DNA of 30,341 nucleotides, taken from NCBI GenBank assembly GCA_041694835.1, contig JBGFRZ010000049.1, positions 1 through 30,341 on the forward strand, given 5' to 3'. A program made the translations under genes and the position numbers. The notes beneath the pieces are model-generated. The model had not been told where the DNA came from. It ran no database searches and worked only from the letters and a program-made list of their open reading frames with translations. This document shows positions 25,801 to 30,341 of the stretch, piece after piece (position 1 is the stretch's first letter; each line of letters opens with the position of its first letter). This DNA is from Ignavibacteria bacterium (lineage in GTDB: Bacteria > Elusimicrobiota > Endomicrobiia > PHAN01).

Positions 25801-26172
25801 ATGGCAAAAATACTTGTAGCCGACGACGCCGACCTGATGAGAAAAATAGCCAGAATGTCGCTTGAAAAAGGCGGACATCAGGTGATAGAGGCGTCTGACG
25901 GAGCGGAGGCGCTCTCGGTGGCAAAAAGCGAAAAACCTGACATTATTCTTCTTGACGCCGAAATGCCCGAGATGGACGGATGGGAAGCCGCAAAAGCCAT
26001 AAAATCGTTGCCGGAGATGGCGTCAACTCCTATTTTAATGTGCACCGGGCACGACCTTTCAGGCGAAGAAGAACAACTAAAAAGCGTTGAAGCCGCGGGA
26101 TTTATATCCAAGCCATATAATCCCGCCACAATGATTGAGAAGATAAAAGAAATATTAGGGATGGGCGATTGA
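25801..26172 (+). CDS. Single-domain response regulator (CheY-like)
   Basis: ILVADD, ILLDAEMPEMDG, MCTG, SKPY. RBS GGAGGG. Confidence 0.92.
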   Translation: MAKILVADDADLMRKIARMSLEKGGHQVIEASDGAEALSVAKSEKPDIILLDAEMPEMDGWEAAKAIKSLPEMASTPILMCTGHDLSGEEEQLKSVEAAGFISKPYNPATMIEKIKEILGMGD

Positions 26173-26214
26173 GCGAGTTAGCGATTAAGCGATTAATTAC
26201 AGGAGGGAAAAATC

Positions 26215-27411
26215 ATGGCTAAAATTTTAATTATGGACGATGAGCCCGGTTTACTAAACGTCACATTCAATATGCTTAAATCCACGGGACATTCTTTGTT
26301 TCTAGCGGAAGACGGGAAACAGGCGATAGAAATCGCTCAAAAAGAAAAACCGGACCTGGCGATTCTGGATATGAGAGTGCCTGACTATGACGGACTGGAG
26401 GTTCTTGCAGAACTTAAAAAAATGGATTCGACAATTCAATGCGTTATGCTCTCTGGCTTTGGCGACGTTGAAACCGCCGTCGGCGCCATAAAAAAGGGAG
26501 CGTTTGATTACATCTCCAAACCGTTCAAAGTCGATGAAGTGCTTTCAGTTATCAACAAAGCGCTTGCCGCAAAACAAAAATCGCCCCAACCCACCTCCAC
26601 CGGTTCCGTTGCGGAGAGCGCAAAAACCAGCCCTGCTGCCACGGCCATAAATGTTCCGTCGTCTTACATCCAGCCTAAAAAACTTCCGACCGCAGTGTTT
26701 GGCGGCATTGGGGCGCTTGTGCTTGTTGTGCTTGGCGTGATTTTCTTTGCGACAAGAGGCATCTCAAGACAAGAATATAAACTCACATATTCATCTCCGG
26801 CGGCGATTGCATTTGACGGAAAAAATCTCTGGATATCCGAGTGGGTGGAACGCTCGGTGTATAAACATAAATTAGACAAAAAATTGTCGATTGAAAATGT
26901 CGTTTCGTCTCCCAATCACACACCTATCGGTTTTGCGTGGGATGGTTCGCATTTCTGGTCCTGCGACAATATGACAGGAATCATAAAAAGACATCTGCCC
27001 AACCAAAATTTAAGTGAAATACAGACATTTGAAACTTCGCTTTCTCCGTCGGTCGTCGGGTTTGACGGGGGAGTCCTCTGGGTAGGTGACACGGCGGGTA
27101 AAATTTATAGATTTCGCATAACTCCCGGCGGTCTTGAGACTATCGGTGCGTTTCAATCAGACGCAAAACAAATTTCGGGTGTATTTTTCTACAACAACAA
27201 TGTGTGGCTCTCCGATTCAGGAACCGGTAAAATTTATAAATATGACCCCAAAAGTTTTTCAATTATCGCAACATACATCTTAAAACCATACAGCAAAAAG
27301 AAGGAGCGAATCGCAGGGCTCACTTACGACGGCAAATATATATGGAGTTGTGTAGATGGAGCCGGTAAAGTTTACCGTCATCCCACATCGGATTTAATAC
27401 CAGACAAATAA
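26215..27411 (+). CDS. Receiver domain - linker - TM helix - beta-propeller protein
   Basis: REC (MDDE, ILDMRVP, LSG, SKPF), a P/T/S/A linker, TM VFGGIGALVLVVLGVIFFA, and repeats FDGKNLWIS, WDGSHFWSC, FDGGVLWVG, YNNNVWLS, YDGKYIWSC. Confidence 0.88.
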   Translation: MAKILIMDDEPGLLNVTFNMLKSTGHSLFLAEDGKQAIEIAQKEKPDLAILDMRVPDYDGLEVLAELKKMDSTIQCVMLSGFGDVETAVGAIKKGAFDYISKPFKVDEVLSVINKALAAKQKSPQPTSTGSVAESAKTSPAATAINVPSSYIQPKKLPTAVFGGIGALVLVVLGVIFFATRGISRQEYKLTYSSPAAIAFDGKNLWISEWVERSVYKHKLDKKLSIENVVSSPNHTPIGFAWDGSHFWSCDNMTGIIKRHLPNQNLSEIQTFETSLSPSVVGFDGGVLWVGDTAGKIYRFRITPGGLETIGAFQSDAKQISGVFFYNNNVWLSDSGTGKIYKYDPKSFSIIATYILKPYSKKKERIAGLTYDGKYIWSCVDGAGKVYRHPTSDLIPDK

Positions 27412-27947
27412 TCAAACCCGCAAGGGTGGACGCGATCATCCCGTGTTCGCCCATATTTAGCCCCATTTCGCTAAGTGATTATTTGTTCGACTGACAAGTT
27501 TACTTGTGTGTCATTGCGAATAAATTGCATCAAGGACTGGAATCCCCCCGCTTCGCTTCCCCCTTTATTACATGAGAACACTGACTTAATGAAGTGGTGC
27601 TGTTTGCCACGAGAAAAAATCTTTGTAATTTTTGCTTCCATAAACTTTTTCCAAAACTCCTTGCTTTCTTGCAATTTTTTTCTTTAAAATCTTAAAATCT
27701 CGTTATGAAATGGATTTTTCAACGGTTTCATGATTTGATTCGAATTTTTTATTTTCCCGCCAAATAATGTATAATTCACTATCGCTCTCACTCGCTAGAC
27801 TTCAATTGTCTGATGAAAACCGGTGCCATATTCAAAACAACGGGTTTTCAGGTGATACCATGACGCGTCATAAGATGTCGCGAAAAAGATGCCCGAAGTC
27901 GGTTTTCCGACGAGAAAATGCTGTTCTTAGTTATTCAATAACGAAAT

Positions 27948-28022
27948 CGGGGCGTGGCTCAGCTGGTCCAGAGCGCTCGCTTGGGGTGCGAGAGATCGCT
28001 GGTTCAAATCCAGTCGCCCCGA
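27948..28022 (+). tRNA. tRNA-Pro (GGG)
   Basis: Acceptor CGGGGCG/CGCCCCG, anticodon arm CTCGC-TTGGGGT-GCGAG, T arm GCTGG-TTCAAAT-CCAGT. Confidence 0.95.
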
Positions 28023-28084
28023 TAAATCTATACATTGCGAATTTTGCGAGCAGTTTGTTTTAATGATTCAATAAAATAATCACT

Positions 28085-30341
28085 ATGACCAAAGAACAAA
28101 AATTTTATAAGGCATTACAGGATGTTTTCATCGGCGCCAAGATTGAGGGCGAAGGCGGTTTTGTTAATTTGATGAAGATAAAATCAAATTACTACCGCAA
28201 GATTGAGGACATTCTCAAAAAAGATATTGAAGCGGCGATAGAAAACTACCCTACATTCAGGGATGAACTTTTTGACAAGCTCTATTCATTTTTCAGCCGA
28301 TACTTTACGGAAAGCGGATCAATCTATTTCAACCAAACGCCTTTTCACAACAACATCTACGAAAAGGTTTATACCGATGAAAAGGATGTCATTCTTTTTT
28401 GGAAAACGCAGATGCTTTACTATGTCAAAACCGACCGGATTTTCAGAAGTTTGCCTGTCGAGTTTGAAAATTCCCATTCCATGAAGGGGTGGCAGGAATT
28501 CCCCTCTTTAGAGGGGCAGGGGTGTTTTCCTGACGGGGTAGTTAAGTTTTACTTTGACGCTTCAAAAATAGAAAGCAAAAAAGCCAACGAAAAACGCTCA
28601 CTCATTTTTGAATTAAACAAGGTCCGCGAGGACGGGACGATTGTTTTGGGCGTTCAATACTCCGAGAGGGGCGCGAAAACAAAACAAGACGAGATACTAA
28701 AAGCCATAAAACGGAAAGGCATTGTCATTACCGAAGAACAGCTTGAGCGTGCTTTTAAGGTTTTTGAAAAGCAGAGCGAAGTTGATTTCTTTATTAACAA
28801 AAACGCCAAAGCATTTTTGCAAGAGCAGTTTAAGCTCTGGAGTTATCAGTATTTCTGGGAAGGGGCGAAAGAGTGGGGCGCGGACAGAGTCAATCAACTG
28901 CAAATCCTGAAAAGTATCGCTTTCAAAATCATAGACTTTATCTCGCAGTTTGAAGATGAGCTGGTAAAAATCTGGAACAAGCCGAAGTTTGTCAAAAACT
29001 CAAACTATGTGATTACGCTAGACAGAATCGCGGACCCCGAAGGAAAGCCTTCGGCTTCCAGCGGGGCAGGTAAAAAACTCGTTGAGAAAATCAAAAAGCA
29101 CAAAAACTTTTCGGAACAATTAAAAGAGTGGCAAGAATTGGGCATAAATAAAGACAATCCCAAAGCACCGATTGATACCAAGTATTTTAAGGACTTGGAG
29201 CTCGAAATTTTGAGCCAGTTTGAGGACTTGGATAAATCATTAGACGGATGGCTGATAAAAAGCGAAAACTATCAGGCGTTAAACACAATTCTGCCGAAAT
29301 TCAAAGAAAAAGTGCAGACGATTTATATTGATCCGCCGTTTAATACTGGGAAGGATTTTGATTACATAGACAAATTTCAGGATGCAAGTTGGTTGAGTTT
29401 AATGAAGGATAGAACAGATCTAAATAAAAATATTCTTAATAAAGAAGGCGTATTATTACTACATCTTGATGAAAAATCTAATTATTATGGCAAACTTCTT
29501 TTAAATAATATTTTTGATGAATACATAAATGAAATAGTATGGCATTACTTTATGGGAGGAAAGACGCAAAAAGGATTTTCGAAAAAACATGACTCAATAT
29601 TAGCTTATGCGAAAAATGATTTATTCTATTTTAATGATAATGTATTAGAATCGGTTCGATATTTATTTGATAAGCCGTCTTTGGGTAGTCATAAAGATAT
29701 TGAAGAATTAGGATGTAGTAAGTGCGGCCAAGGTCAAAAAATCTGGATGAGTAAGGTAAAAAAAGATGATGTATGGGATATTTCGGGAGTTTTTAATATG
29801 GCAAATGAATTTTATGATTTTGACACACAGAAACCAGAGTCTTTGTTAAGAAACCTCATAGAGTCGTTTTCTAGAGAAAGTGATTTTATTCTTGATAATT
29901 TCGCAGGGCTTGGCACTACTATGGCTGTTGCACATAAGCTGAGAAGAAAATGGGTTGGTATTGAAATGGGTAATCACATAAATGAGTTTTATATAGACGA
30001 TAAGAAAATCAAGATTGGTATAAAAGGAAGAATGAAGCAAGTATTAGCAGGGAAAGGAAAAAATGAACCAACGGGGATTTCAAAAGATGTTAATTGGCAG
30101 GGCGGTGGGTTTTTCAAGTATTACGAGCTTGAGCAATACGAGGAAGCGCTGGCGAATTGCAAATATGGCGACAGCGATTTGTTCAATTCGCCCTCAAAAA
30201 CTCCATATCAGGAATATGTCTTTATGAAAGACGAAAAAATGCTCAAGGCAGTAGAGATTGATTATGAAAAAGATAAGGTCAAAGTTGATTTAGCGAAACT
30301 TTACCCGAATCCCTCGGCTCCGCTCGGGACAAGCATAGACA
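28085..30341 (+). CDS. mod: Site-specific adenine DNA methyltransferase, type III Mod-like (beta class), 3'-partial; absent from the ORF track
   Basis: ATG 28085 (MTKEQKFYKAL...) stays in frame to the window end at the points checked. Motif IV IYIDPPFNTG (about 29321-29350) precedes TQKPE and motif I DNFAGLGTT (about 29894-29920). Confidence 0.88.
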   Translation, partial: MTKEQKFYKALQDVFIGAKIEGEGGFVNLMKIKSNYYRKIEDILKKDIEAAIENYPTFRDELFDKLYSFFSRYFTESGSIYFNQTPFHNNIYEKVYTDEKDVILFWKTQMLYYVKTDRIFRSLPVEFENSHSMKGWQEFPSLEGQGCFPDGVVKFYFDASKIESKKANEKRSLIFELNKVREDGTIVLGVQYSERGAKTKQDEILKAIKRKGIVITEEQLERAFKVFEKQSEVDFFINKNAKAFLQEQFKLWSYQYFWEGAKEWGADRVNQLQILKSIAFKIIDFISQFEDELVKIWNKPKFVKNSNYVITLDRIADPEGKPSASSGAGKKLVEKIKKHKNFSEQLKEWQELGINKDNPKAPIDTKYFKDLELEILSQFEDLDKSLDGWLIKSENYQALNTILPKFKEKVQTIYIDPPFNTGKDFDYIDKFQDASWLSLMKDRTDLNKNILNKEGVLLLHLDEKSNYYGKLLLNNIFDEYINEIVWHYFMGGKTQKGFSKKHDSILAYAKNDLFYFNDNVLESVRYLFDKPSLGSHKDIEELGCSKCGQGQKIWMSKVKKDDVWDISGVFNMANEFYDFDTQKPESLLRNLIESFSRESDFILDNFAGLGTTMAVAHKLRRKWVGIEMGNHINEFYIDDKKIKIGIKGRMKQVLAGKGKNEPTGISKDVNWQGGGFFKYYELEQYEEALANCKYGDSDLFNSPSKTPYQEYVFMKDEKMLKAVEIDYEKDKVKVDLAKLYPNPSAPLGTSID

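Noticed and set aside
27412-27947. Possible gene or IS remnant between the propeller gene and tRNA-Pro(GGG), for example ATTTTTCAACGGTTTC near 27714
   Set aside because: Only scattered repeat fragments are present, and I could not identify a partner inverted repeat or a recognisable coding frame.
11374-28022. A genomic island bounded by the two tRNA-Pro genes
   Set aside because: They are different isoacceptors (CGG and GGG), not att duplications. There is no integrase, and the interval includes housekeeping genes such as pcm.
27767-28063. ORF 27767..28063 and minus-strand ORF 11258..11485
   Set aside because: Both run across tRNA-Pro genes and are spurious.

Overview
Bacterial chromosome segment with nearly all genes on the + strand. 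It is diderm (it has a Kdo transferase); gene content is compatible with an Elusimicrobiota-like environmental lineage, which is inference only. 1-14.4 kb is housekeeping: an IS1595-like remnant, a lone BMC vertex gene, two paralogous HD hydrolases, tgt, a HEAT-repeat gene, yajC-secD-secF, waaA, a DUF374 acyltransferase, HU/IHF, MerR, tRNA-Pro(CGG), an MGDG-synthase-like GT, pcm and a COG2426 membrane protein. 14.5-27.4 kb is a complete CheC/CheD-type chemosensory cluster behind a consensus sigma70 promoter. It includes a hemerythrin, an MCP whose CZB domain lies between its two TM helices, and two unusual receiver outputs (HTH-REC and REC-TM-beta-propeller). A dead TA toxin and a DUF559 nuclease gene interrupt the cluster. 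27.9 kb to the end holds tRNA-Pro(GGG) and a partial type III-like Mod methyltransferase missing from the ORF track. The most striking unexplained layer is the palindromic repeats: (i) REP-like hairpin arrays that flank the DUF559 gene in inverted orientation and recur through the operon with compensatory changes; (ii) CCCC-ended MITEs with TAAA target duplications, one of which rewrote the HU/IHF C-terminus; (iii) inverted octamer arrays before most che genes; (iv) three apparent in-frame palindrome insertions in the methyltransferase; (v) a tRNA-Pro nested between inverted repeats inside what looks like a decayed tRNA-Pro.
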